From a virus (Duplodnaviria > Caudoviricetes): a stretch of DNA of 25,619 bases. The DNA is taken from IMG/VR virus record IMGVR_UViG_3300032277_002989, positions 1 through 25,619 of that record, one strand, 5' to 3'. The translations under genes and the position numbers were made by a program. Shown one piece after another: positions 1-8,651 of the stretch. A model generated the notes under the pieces. That model made no database searches. It was given only the letters and a program-made list of their open reading frames with translations, and had not been told where the DNA came from. The number at the start of each line of letters is the position of its first letter. Positions within the stretch are counted from its first letter, which is position 1.

Positions 1-2916
1 CTATCTTGCCCTCGACTGTCCCTGCACGGGCATTTCCGCGAAGGCTATGTAGATGTAGGTGCCGCCGGAGGCGTTAAGCGCGGCTGAAGTACCTGTACGC
101 CATTTAAATCCACCAGCATTGAAATCAATCATATTTGCTTCGACCCCCTCTGCCCAATTCCCATCAGGCCATAAAGATTGAGTCATTACATTATATGGAT
201 CACGGGCATTATCAATAATACGCCAGCTACCAATTGCATCTGTCCGTTTCACCATCACAAACGCCGGTCGGAACCCGCAGTAAACAAAAGGACCGTCTGC
301 TGAACCGTTACCAACATAAGACCCAAACTTTGAGAAGCCTTCAATTCCGACCCAACTCAAACAAAGGAAATCAGTTGCTGTATTCCAGCCAGTCCATGAA
401 CCCGTTGTGAAATTGGTAGCATCTGGAACACCATTGAACACCGTTCCGCCCACACCTTTTGCAGCAGAAGACTCAAGAGTGAGGTACTCAGTACCGGCTA
501 AATCTTTATGCCACACGTACCACGACTGCGCGGCTAGCTGTTTGACGATCATAAACTCTGGGGCACCCGCAGCGTTGCCATGTGCAACGGATAAAGATGC
601 GGCCATAGACGCATCAGGTATAACCTTAATATGGAAGCCAGAAGTAACGCTGGCTTCCCAGCACCATGCGACGTAGTTGTTTCCGGTTTCCTTGGTGTAA
701 AGCCCGTTAGTTACACCGTCTGATAAGGTAATGCCGTTTGCATCTATTGATGACAAATACCCATTCGCATCCGGGGTCGTTGCTTCCGCTTGTGTCCCGT
801 CCGAGTACATGTATTTGGTCACGCCACGGGTGGTATTATAGAGCATGTGGGAATAGGCGGATGTTCTGTTTTTAATCCAAACGAGATCAGGTGACAAATT
901 GCTATTGCCAGAGAACGTAACAGCTAACGTTGGCGCAACACTTCCGGCCCACGTAACAACCTGAAAATGCGCGGACGGATCAGGGATTGCCGGGTCGGGG
1001 AAGTTGGCAGTGTTGAGTAATTTAAACCCAAATGGCAGAGTCATTGTCCCGTCAAGGATACCACCACCAGTACCAAAGTCCATCGTACCCCCACCCGTAT
1101 TTTTAGTTTGAGCCCCGATGTAATAGGTGTCGGCGGGTAGCGTGTAAGTCGCATTTGTGCCAAGCCCAGGTTCGTCGGTTGCCCGCATCACCCCCACGCT
1201 GTCCATCCAATCTATTGCCGTGGTCCCGGTGTTATAAATTCCATACCAGAGTTTTAAGTTGTCAAGGTCAACAGCCATTAGATACCAGTCGTCATTAGCA
1301 ACCATTGCCGTTGTAGGTGTACCAGTAATGGTGATTGAATTGTTCCGCGCTGTGAATGCGGTCCCCGCCGTTAGGCAATAACATCCCCACCCGTCCGCCG
1401 TAGTCTCAGGGTTTTCAATACGGTTCTGCCGTCCTGAGGCATTCTGTAGTTGCAAGTTGGTGCCGTCATCATTCACAGTATTGGGTTGCCGAGCTACAAT
1501 CCACTTACCGGAAGTAAGTCCATTAAGAGATGCAAAACATTGACTTTTAAAAGCTACTGCCCCCACATCTGTTAAGTTTCCATTACTGTAAACAACGCCA
1601 TTAGGGAACGGTTCAGCCGCAGGGTTCCACGTAGCGTAATTCCCAATATTATTATCTACGTCATCAGACGGCGTGTCGGAGACGATTGCAGTTGTCGGAA
1701 TGGAAACTGCTGTGAAATTATTGCCACTGGTAAAAAAACGAAGCTCGCCCATTCGCACATTCGCTGCGGCAACAGTGGGCACTATCGCGACCCAATGGTA
1801 CCGATATGCAGTTGTCGTTGTGATACCTGACGTGAATGATTGTGGCTGACTGGCAATCGTTGAATTAAACAAACCAGAGGTATGCAGCTCAGTGCCGTCC
1901 GTTGGCGTCGTTGGTGCCGTATTCGACCCATAAAGTTTTATCGTTACTTCACTTGTATCGTCTGCGTACCCGGCGTTGTTCACATCCCACGTGTCATATC
2001 GGGTAATGGTTTTAGTGTTGCCTACGCCCCAATCCTTGCCAACATACGCACTAGACACTGTGCCGCGTTTGGATGAGCTGTTAGCACCATCTGCTGACAC
2101 AGTTGTTCCGTCAAACGAAGCCGCTAGAGAGTTGCCAGCAGTGACGTCTGTCATATCACCGATAACAGAGCCAACGCCGTCACCAACCACTGAATTATTA
2201 GTGGAGCCGCTTACATCCTTACCCGGATCGGCACTGTCGGCAAAATCCAACCAGAAACCATTCGTGCCGAAGGTCAGCCCGGACGGATCGATGGGTTGCC
2301 AATTGCCGTTGGCATCGAATTCGCCGAAGGAAGTTGCGGTTAGGGACGCGCCGTCAACAAAGGTTACCTCAGCATTACAACAGTCAGCGTAAAGGCCAGC
2401 ATATTCCCCTGACCTGCCAACGCTATGGGCATACGTAGTTGTATTCACCAAACATGCTGCATAATTTAGAGTTGGGTTAATCTCAGTTGAGAAACTTGTT
2501 TCTTCGACTCCGTTAATATGAATTCGTACTCTGTTCGCTGCGACTCCTTGTGTGGTGTCTACGGTAACAACAATGTGATACCAAGCAGTGGGGTCTCTAA
2601 ATAAGCTGGTAGTTACTAGCCTCCATACATAAAGACTGGCGGCTCTGTGTCTAACCTCAAGAGCACCAGACGATATAAATAAGATAGAAGTATCCGTGGT
2701 TCCTGCACTATCAGCACTTCCAAATAGTATTTTGGCTGAGGTCCCTATGCTCCCGCGTTTAACCCAACTGCTCCACGTCCACGTTTTTTGATTTCCAGCC
2801 ACGCTTGGCGTCCGATGTAAATAATCTGCAACGCCATCGAAAACGAGGGCGTTGTTAATGGTATATCCGGTATTCGGGTTGGATATACAGACGGGTATCG
2901 TTAAGGGTCCAAACAT
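1..2916 (-). CDS. Large receptor-binding/tail-associated protein (LamG/concanavalin A-like domain, probable discoidin-like insert, SPRY-like domain, C-terminal beta-rich repeats), 971 aa
   Basis: WTWSSWVKRG and FRDPTAWYHIVV (LamG-like), YSNGNL...GKW (SPRY-like), PDLVWIKNR and FSKFGSYVGNGSADGPFVYCGFRPAFVMVK, which are typical of marine phage tail proteins. The start overlaps the stop of the fibre gene (TGATG). Confidence 0.8.
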   Translation of the reverse strand: MFGPLTIPVCISNPNTGYTINNALVFDGVADYLHRTPSVAGNQKTWTWSSWVKRGSIGTSAKILFGSADSAGTTDTSILFISSGALEVRHRAASLYVWRLVTTSLFRDPTAWYHIVVTVDTTQGVAANRVRIHINGVEETSFSTEINPTLNYAACLVNTTTYAHSVGRSGEYAGLYADCCNAEVTFVDGASLTATSFGEFDANGNWQPIDPSGLTFGTNGFWLDFADSADPGKDVSGSTNNSVVGDGVGSVIGDMTDVTAGNSLAASFDGTTVSADGANSSSKRGTVSSAYVGKDWGVGNTKTITRYDTWDVNNAGYADDTSEVTIKLYGSNTAPTTPTDGTELHTSGLFNSTIASQPQSFTSGITTTTAYRYHWVAIVPTVAAANVRMGELRFFTSGNNFTAVSIPTTAIVSDTPSDDVDNNIGNYATWNPAAEPFPNGVVYSNGNLTDVGAVAFKSQCFASLNGLTSGKWIVARQPNTVNDDGTNLQLQNASGRQNRIENPETTADGWGCYCLTAGTAFTARNNSITITGTPTTAMVANDDWYLMAVDLDNLKLWYGIYNTGTTAIDWMDSVGVMRATDEPGLGTNATYTLPADTYYIGAQTKNTGGGTMDFGTGGGILDGTMTLPFGFKLLNTANFPDPAIPDPSAHFQVVTWAGSVAPTLAVTFSGNSNLSPDLVWIKNRTSAYSHMLYNTTRGVTKYMYSDGTQAEATTPDANGYLSSIDANGITLSDGVTNGLYTKETGNNYVAWCWEASVTSGFHIKVIPDASMAASLSVAHGNAAGAPEFMIVKQLAAQSWYVWHKDLAGTEYLTLESSAAKGVGGTVFNGVPDATNFTTGSWTGWNTATDFLCLSWVGIEGFSKFGSYVGNGSADGPFVYCGFRPAFVMVKRTDAIGSWRIIDNARDPYNVMTQSLWPDGNWAEGVEANMIDFNAGGFKWRTGTSAALNASGGTYIYIAFAEMPVQGQSRAR

Positions 2917-4247
2917 CAGACTTGTGCCCCCGAGTAAGTGAGCCGGATGTTTGTGCCGTTACCGCAGTAATAGCCGATCAGGTAGGTACCCGCCGCGCTT
3001 ACGGTTGCCTCGAAATTTGCGTCCGCCGTGACGTTTAGCCCTTTGGTGATCGCGTAGGCCGTAGGATTGGCAAGCTCAATCAATCCGCCTTGCCCGGCTG
3101 TCACGTTGGTAAACTCGATCACGTCGGCGGCAATTGGCGCCCAAGAGAAATTGTTCGCCGCCAGCATGTCAAAAGAACCATCGTTGTCGGTTGTTGCCGC
3201 CGAACGTTGCGAGCCGGTCCATGTTTGGTCGCTGGTGAGGTCGAGAGAGATGGTTGAGCCTGTTTTACTAAGCCCCACCCCGGCGCTGGTTGTTGACGCG
3301 CCGAAGGTGATCCAGTTGTCTGGGGTGGCAGCGTCGGCGACCATCGTCGCGAATTCCGTATCCGCCGTCATGACGTAGGACGTGCCGCCGTTGATCGTGT
3401 CGGTTCCGGCCCGGTTGATCGTCAAGGTGTTCAACGCGGATGATTTCATGAAACCGACACGGAAACCTTCGGCGACGTCGGTGACGATATCCGGCAGGGT
3501 GACGATGATATTCCCGCCCGACGTGTCGACAAGAAAGAGCGTCCCGTCGTCCGTCGAGATCACGGAAAACGCCAATGCCTTATTCAAGATCGTTGAATAA
3601 AGATTTGCCGCCGCCGCTGTCGCCGCTGCGGTCGCCGAGTTGGCAGCATTGGTTTCGCTGGTCGCGGCGTTTGTCGCCGATGTTGCGGCATTGGTTTCAG
3701 AGGTTGCTGCTGCTGCCGCGCTCGAGGCCGCATCCGTCGCTCCACTTTCAAGGAAGGCCAGAGTTGTTGTTGAGGCAACAGGTTGTCCGGTGGCATCGAA
3801 ACCGAGAACCTTGTCCATTCGCGTCGCCTTGTCAGGCAGTTCCATGCTGGTATCTGCATCAAAAGGCTTTAGGTGAAGGCCACGATTAGCCTGTTCTTCA
3901 ACCTGTTGAATTTCCGCCGTCAACTGGTCCAGTTCATCGTTCAAAACCTGGGCGCGCAGTACACCGGACTGTTGGAAGTCACTGATCCGCTGAATGGCAA
4001 TGTTCCGCCGCAACGTTATCAACGTCCCATTGGCCGGTGCGATCAAAAATGAAACGTCACCACCAGCCGATACCCCCGCCCCTGAAACCGTATAGTCCGT
4101 GGTCAGGATGGAAGGGGTGCTGTCGATATAGACCTCCAGATCTCCGTCATCGAATATGGGGAACGGATAGGTGAATGCCGCCTGAGTGCCATCGCCCGTG
4201 TATTGAATTCGAGGAGCCGTATCGCCGACCTGAATGTGTTCAGCCAT
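2916..4247 (-). CDS. Tail fibre/spike adaptor with T7 gp17-like N-terminal attachment domain, 443 aa
   Basis: N-terminus YTGDGTQAAFTYPFPIF...DYTVSG...GGDVSF...APANGTLITLRR...LNDELDQL, followed by an Ala/Thr/Ser heptad region. RBS AAAGGA upstream. Confidence 0.85.
   Translation of the reverse strand: MAEHIQVGDTAPRIQYTGDGTQAAFTYPFPIFDDGDLEVYIDSTPSILTTDYTVSGAGVSAGGDVSFLIAPANGTLITLRRNIAIQRISDFQQSGVLRAQVLNDELDQLTAEIQQVEEQANRGLHLKPFDADTSMELPDKATRMDKVLGFDATGQPVASTTTLAFLESGATDAASSAAAAATSETNAATSATNAATSETNAANSATAAATAAAANLYSTILNKALAFSVISTDDGTLFLVDTSGGNIIVTLPDIVTDVAEGFRVGFMKSSALNTLTINRAGTDTINGGTSYVMTADTEFATMVADAATPDNWITFGASTTSAGVGLSKTGSTISLDLTSDQTWTGSQRSAATTDNDGSFDMLAANNFSWAPIAADVIEFTNVTAGQGGLIELANPTAYAITKGLNVTADANFEATVSAAGTYLIGYYCGNGTNIRLTYSGAQV
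3607..3735 (-). repeat. Heptad (about 21 bp) AATSETN/AATSATN coding repeats in the tail fibre
   Basis: Translation SAAAAATSETNAATSATNAATSETNAANSATAAATAAA; boundaries approximate. Confidence 0.7.
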
Positions 4248-4274
4248 TGTCTTTCCTTTCTGGGGTCATCTGGG

Positions 4275-4300
4275 AAAAAGAAAAACCTCCCGAAAGGAGG
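4275..4300 (-). terminator. Intrinsic terminator between holin and tail fibre gene
   Basis: Minus strand CCTCC-TTTCG-GGAGG-TTTTTCTTTTT. Confidence 0.75.
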
Positions 4301-4332
4301 CCATTGGTAAGATGAAAAAAATGTTGGTGTCG

Positions 4333-4725
4333 TCAGGGTTCAGACTTCCAAACCTTGATGCCTTTTTCGACGGATCTGCCGACGACGTAACCGCCAAGGC
4401 CGATCTTGATGATTTCGAATAACGCTAACTCGACCTCTGCGGTGATGCCGGGGGCCGTGAATCCCAGCCACCGCGCAACAATCAGCGCGACAAAGGTGAG
4501 CATGGTCAGGGGTCGCCACGAGCGTTGAATCCAGCTACCGCCCTGGGCTTCGGAGATGACGATCTTCATCGCCGCCTCGACCTCTTTCATCTGGCCCTGC
4601 AGAACCAAAGTCTGCAAATTGTTCTTCAATAAGTCGGCTTGGTCCTTGTCCTCAACCACCTGATCGACGGCAGAGAAAAGTCCGTTCAGCAGGGGTGCTG
4701 CGATGCTGCTCAGTAATCCGATCAT
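4333..4725 (-). CDS. Holin, 3TM (GTA_holin_3TM-like) family, 130 aa
   Basis: VVEDKD...EAQGGSWIQRSWRP, hydrophobic segments, GLGGYVVGRSVEK; lies directly after the endolysin. Confidence 0.85.
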   Translation of the reverse strand: MIGLLSSIAAPLLNGLFSAVDQVVEDKDQADLLKNNLQTLVLQGQMKEVEAAMKIVISEAQGGSWIQRSWRPLTMLTFVALIVARWLGFTAPGITAEVELALFEIIKIGLGGYVVGRSVEKGIKVWKSEP

Positions 4726-4728
4726 GGT

Positions 4729-5178
4729 TTACTCCACATCGTTATAGAACTGGTGGTTGCCAATTTCGCAGGCGTACATGCGCCCGCGCGCCCAGGGTGG
4801 AAACACACAATTTGCGTGATAGTGCGTCGCGCCGCTGGTCGGGTCTTTCAGGGTTCCGGCAATCGCCCGCCGGGCAATGCGAAGGCAGGACTGATAGGTT
4901 CTGTTTTTTGACGTTACCTGAAGCAATTTTTCCCGGTTAGGATCGTCGGTATTCCAGCAACTGAACTGCCATTTTTTCAGACAGACGTCGCGCACGCTCG
5001 CCCCCCACCAATACCGTCCGCCTCTCGCTCTGGCTTTGGCGACCCGGTTCAGGATAACGTTTGCCACGGCTTCCTTGCCGGAAATATTCTCGCCACGGGC
5101 CTCGCCGTAAAGTGTCCGTGCCAGGATTTCCACGTCCTGCATGTCCGTAGGCTTCAGAGTTTGAGTATCGATTTTCAT
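4729..5178 (-). CDS. Cell wall hydrolase (SleB/Hydrolase_2 family), probable endolysin, 149 aa
   Basis: LARTLYGEARGE, AVANVILNR, QFSCWN, DPTSGATHYH, IGNHQFY. Confidence 0.92.
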   Translation of the reverse strand: MKIDTQTLKPTDMQDVEILARTLYGEARGENISGKEAVANVILNRVAKARARGGRYWWGASVRDVCLKKWQFSCWNTDDPNREKLLQVTSKNRTYQSCLRIARRAIAGTLKDPTSGATHYHANCVFPPWARGRMYACEIGNHQFYNDVE

Positions 5179-5483
5179 TGGTCTCTTCCTTTGGGTTGCG
5201 TACGGTCAAGCTTGTCTTCGATACGCAGGAGATGATGGGTCAGCCGCCGTTCCACCTCTTTCAGATACGAGATCGAGGCATAGGATTTGGCGACCTCGAG
5301 CTTGAACGCCGACAGTCGGTCGCGAATGAGTGAAAGGCCCGTATCGAAGTCATGGCGGGCGTCGTCGAGGGTGGTTTCGGCATCACTGCGGGTGCGCCAC
5401 GTCAACCAGAATAACCCGGCCAGAACTGGCAGTTCGACGGCGGTAATCCACCAGATCAGATCGAGGGTCCAGGGTTGCTGCAT
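5175..5483 (-). CDS. Single-TM plus coiled-coil lysis-module protein (holin/antiholin-like), 102 aa
   Basis: ATG at 5483 with AAGGAG RBS; one TM (LIWWITAVELPVLAGLFWLTW); C-terminal LLRIEDKLD; 4-bp ATGA overlap with the endolysin. Confidence 0.65.
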   Translation of the reverse strand: MQQPWTLDLIWWITAVELPVLAGLFWLTWRTRSDAETTLDDARHDFDTGLSLIRDRLSAFKLEVAKSYASISYLKEVERRLTHHLLRIEDKLDRTQPKGRDQ

Positions 5484-5508
5484 GTTGGTCTCCTTTTGGT
5501 GCGGACAT

Positions 5509-5530
5509 AAAAAAAGCACCCGGAAGGTGC
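5509..5530 (-). terminator. Intrinsic terminator just upstream of the lysis module
   Basis: Minus strand GCACC-TTCCG-GGTGC-TTTTTTTATG. Confidence 0.75.
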
Positions 5531-5560
5531 GTTGGAAAAATTATCGTTGATGAAACGTTG

Positions 5561-5857
5561 TCAGGATTCAGGGTCTTTCTGTTTGACCTTGCGCCAGTTC
5601 TCGCCGGCAAGCACAAGACAACTGATGCCATTGGCGCGGGTGATGACCACCGTGAAACTGCCCTGCTTCGATGTATACAGCTCGAGCAGGTTTTCGCCGA
5701 CAATGCCGACCGATGTGGGCTTTTCATCAAATCGCTGTTTGAGCCGTTTGGTAACGTCGCTTCGTTTGGCGCAGACCATGGCGGCGCTTGCCGGGTGGGC
5801 GGTGATTAGTATCGCCGGAAGTAGTGCTACGATCAGTACAATACCTAACCGTTTCAT
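5561..5857 (-). CDS. Small secreted two-cysteine hypothetical protein, 98 aa
   Basis: Sec signal peptide ending ASA; Cys pair (VCAKR...ISCLV); AAAGGA RBS. Confidence 0.75.
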   Translation of the reverse strand: MKRLGIVLIVALLPAILITAHPASAAMVCAKRSDVTKRLKQRFDEKPTSVGIVGENLLELYTSKQGSFTVVITRANGISCLVLAGENWRKVKQKDPES

Positions 5858-5911
5858 CGGACTATCCTTTCTATCGGGTTATTGATGTCATTGAGAGGTT
5901 CAGAAAATTTG

Positions 5912-5955
5912 CATAAAAAAACCGCCCATAAAAAAAACTGCCCAGAGGGGCGGTT
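5912..5955 (-). terminator. Intrinsic terminator with duplicated 3' arm and U tract
   Basis: Minus strand AACCGCCC-CTCT-GGGCAGTTTTTTTTAT-GGGCGGTTTTTTTATG. Confidence 0.75.
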
Positions 5956-5982
5956 CAAATATCGGACAAAGCGAAGGTGGAT

Positions 5983-6717
5983 TCAGATTTTGTTTAGCTC
6001 CTCAGGCCAGGGCCAATCAACTTGGGCGTATACGTTTTTCCAAAACTCCAAGAGTTTCTCGTAATTCCCTCCACCGCTTCGCCGTTCTTTGAGACGATCT
6101 GAAACCTCATCGGCCGTTATTTCCTGCAATAAGTCCAAACCGCCGTAATAATCGATGAACCGATCAATCAGTTCTGGCTCACCCCCGAGGACACCAAAAT
6201 CGTCGTGATCACCGGACGATATCCATCTGCCATCGCGAGAAAACATGCATGCGCCATCGCACTGGTAGTTAATTGCTGACGCAGTGATTGCTGTATCCAC
6301 AACTTCACGAGTGGGGGCGCACACGATGGTGTCTTGCCATTGAGTTCGGATTCCAGTCGTAAACTGACTTGGGTGGAACTCTTCCGTTATGATTACTTCG
6401 TCTGTTCCATCCTCCTCAAGAATTCTCCACAGAGGTTCCAGGTGGTCACGCCCGGCGAAAATAACATCGGGGTCATATCCATAGGTGCAGTCGCTGGTAT
6501 AGGCGCTTCCTCTGACAAATATTGTTTTCCATGTCGGGTCTTGAAATTTGGGTGGGATATAACGACGCAGGCCACTAAGGTCGTGGCCGTAGATCTGTTG
6601 AACAATAGGTCCAAACTCACGCAGGGTTTCCGCGCCATCGCAGACCTTCCACGTAATCCCTTTTGTTTCAGGTTCCCAACGCAAATCCAGTTCGTCGGCA
6701 TTTATAGTTTTCATCAC
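5983..6717 (-). CDS. Acidic hypothetical protein, possible toxin-immunity protein, 244 aa
   Basis: Strong GGAGGAG RBS overlapping the end of the upstream ORF; acidic and aromatic; segment MFSRDGRW...HDDFGVLGG resembles immunity proteins (inference). Confidence 0.6.
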   Translation of the reverse strand: MMKTINADELDLRWEPETKGITWKVCDGAETLREFGPIVQQIYGHDLSGLRRYIPPKFQDPTWKTIFVRGSAYTSDCTYGYDPDVIFAGRDHLEPLWRILEEDGTDEVIITEEFHPSQFTTGIRTQWQDTIVCAPTREVVDTAITASAINYQCDGACMFSRDGRWISSGDHDDFGVLGGEPELIDRFIDYYGGLDLLQEITADEVSDRLKERRSGGGNYEKLLEFWKNVYAQVDWPWPEELNKI

Positions 6718-6719
6718 CT

Positions 6720-6990
6720 TTACTCCTCCGGAAATCGAACCTTGATCTGCGGCATTTTATTTTTGTTTTTCGCGCCGGGTAATTCCCGACCGACGATATG
6801 CCCAGCCACTGTCGGGCCTTTATCGGATCTTGAATACCGGTATTGCACCAGCGTTGTGCCATCCGGGCATGGATAGTTTCGCGCGCCCGTTCCATCTTTT
6901 ACCACCACTGCGGAGCTCTCTCCACAATCATTTACGGCCTGTTCATCCAGCGCCATAGCGGTTCGGTATTCGATTGTTTGATTCTCCCAA
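6720..6990 (-). pseudogene. Probable truncated C-terminal fragment of a toxin-like gene
   Basis: The predicted 5' end of ORF 6720..7055 overlaps the CapRel stop and runs through its terminator, so that start is doubtful. The 3' part (PDGTTLVQYRYSRSDKGPTV) resembles small RNase toxin tips and abuts the next gene. Confidence 0.35.
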
Positions 6991-6991
6991 G

Positions 6992-7012
6992 AAAAACCCC
7001 GCCGGAGCGGGG
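6992..7012 (-). terminator. Intrinsic terminator of the CapRel-like gene
   Basis: Minus strand CCCCGC-TCCG-GCGGGG-TTTTT, 11 bp after the stop codon. Confidence 0.75.
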
Positions 7013-7023
7013 ATGGTAACACT

Positions 7024-8331
7024 TTATTTTTTACGCTTTCGTTTATTCCATCCACGTTTCACAAGTTCTTCTTCAGTAACTCTACGGTACCCCCCTTTTG
7101 TCCATTGAAGGTCGCCAATCGGCTCCCGCCTTACCTGCGCTCGATGGACTGGAGGAACAGTATACTCCTCAACCGGTGAACCCGACAAAATCCGCCGCAA
7201 TGTTTGGGTGAAATACGCCACATCCGTAAAATAATTTGGATACGCCTGTTTCAGGCTTTCTACATTGTCCGCCTCAACAAGGACTGTTTTTCTATTTTCA
7301 TTGTGGGTTTCCACGTTCTCCAGTTCGCGCCGACGGTAGTCGCTCAATGCGTCCGACGGACCATATTTTGGCACTGCTCTGACCTGTTTGGAAACATGAT
7401 CGTATTCCAACAGATAGTATGTCGGATTATTGGTTTTGGTATAAACGAGATCTAGGCTTTGACTCACATACCTTAGGTCGTCCAACACATCTGCTGCGTT
7501 CAGGGCCCGATTTAGCTCTTTAATCTCCTGATTCCTCTGCGCCCGTTCTGGTACATGTCGAGACACCGGCGCATTCTCTACCAGCGCAAATTCCGCCGAC
7601 ATCAAATCAAAAAGTCTAAGCCATCGCTCATCACCTTCGCCTGCCTTCATGTCTTGGCCATTGATCAGACCGGCGGCCTCTACCGCAGTTGCCCACGCGT
7701 GTTGGAGGCGGCTTCTTACCTGTATCTCAATTCTTCGGCCATCAAACCTTTCTGCTTCGCCCTTCCCCTGGAACTTGTAAATCAGATGGACCGACCTGTA
7801 CCCGCCTTCTTTGGGATCAGCGACATAGTCATCCTCATCGAAAAACTTGTGATTAAGTTTTTCTTTGATTTCAGACACTAACACATTTGCATCGTTCATT
7901 GATGGCAGTATTGCCCGGACCCCGCCCAGGTCTTGTATTTGGTTTAGCTTTCCTGCGTGATTTCTGAGCTTCTTGCGGACAGAAGGCATTCTCTTCAAGC
8001 GTGCGACCGTTATCCCCTCCAGCCCGGCAATCCTGATTCTCGCGCTAACACTTCTCATGATGCTATTTATGGGGTGGGCGTGCGAAGAGCGCCAACTGCT
8101 CGCGATCTGAAACACTCTTAGCGTTTCCTCTCGGCATTCTGGTTCGAATGTCAGCGTGCCTCTGAGAGTATCTCCCGCCCTTCTGACGTCTCTGTTGCTA
8201 TACTCAAAAGAGGGGAAATCGGCCACGGCGTAATCCGAACTACTTGGAACAGGTGTGAGGTGATTACCCACCATAACAGATTTATCACCAACCTCGCCAC
8301 CTTCGCCTTCGCATGTGCGTTGAGGAATCAT
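7024..8331 (-). CDS. capRel: CapRel-like fused toxSAS toxin-antitoxin (RelA/SpoT synthetase domain plus C-terminal sensor), anti-phage defence
   Basis: YS..DVRRAG..L, WRSSHAHP, ARLKRMPSVRKKL, QDLGGVRAI, DYVADPKEGGYRSVHLIY, IEIQVRSRLQHAWATAVE, C-terminal YYLL...VLVEA...AYPNYF. ATG 8331 has an AGGT RBS; ATG 8274 is an alternative start. Confidence 0.8.
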   Translation of the reverse strand: MIPQRTCEGEGGEVGDKSVMVGNHLTPVPSSSDYAVADFPSFEYSNRDVRRAGDTLRGTLTFEPECREETLRVFQIASSWRSSHAHPINSIMRSVSARIRIAGLEGITVARLKRMPSVRKKLRNHAGKLNQIQDLGGVRAILPSMNDANVLVSEIKEKLNHKFFDEDDYVADPKEGGYRSVHLIYKFQGKGEAERFDGRRIEIQVRSRLQHAWATAVEAAGLINGQDMKAGEGDERWLRLFDLMSAEFALVENAPVSRHVPERAQRNQEIKELNRALNAADVLDDLRYVSQSLDLVYTKTNNPTYYLLEYDHVSKQVRAVPKYGPSDALSDYRRRELENVETHNENRKTVLVEADNVESLKQAYPNYFTDVAYFTQTLRRILSGSPVEEYTVPPVHRAQVRREPIGDLQWTKGGYRRVTEEELVKRGWNKRKRKK

Positions 8332-8651
8332 GAACACCTACCTTATGTTTGGGTACCAAAGTACAATCGCGCTAACAAAAACTACACCCAGCTTTCCATT
8401 TCACCTGAAATCCGATGATGGTCGCTATCACCGCCACTGCCCAGGAGAGCATTCCGTCGTGGCAGAATTATGGGCGTTATTGGGCTTTAGTATGTTTCAA
8501 TCTTCAAGAATTCAACTTCGCCAGCAGTTTCCCGATAGTCATCCGTGCTATTGGCAGGGTAACGTCTCGGTGCATACCGGACCTGATTTAAAAGTCGTAG
8601 AGGGTTCTACGGACCACCGCGTCGTGCCTTGATGGCTGTCTAATTAGCCCC

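Noticed and set aside
3607-3735. CRISPR-like or mobile repeat array
   Set aside because: These are in-frame heptad coding repeats of the tail fibre, with no spacers or cas genes.
1-4247. Diversity-generating retroelement acting on the fibre genes, as in BPP-1-like podophages
   Set aside because: No reverse transcriptase and no template/variable repeat pair were seen in the window.
8330-8632. 100-aa plus-strand ORF between capRel and terL
   Set aside because: It overlaps the capRel start and promoter region, has no RBS and has atypical composition; probably non-coding.
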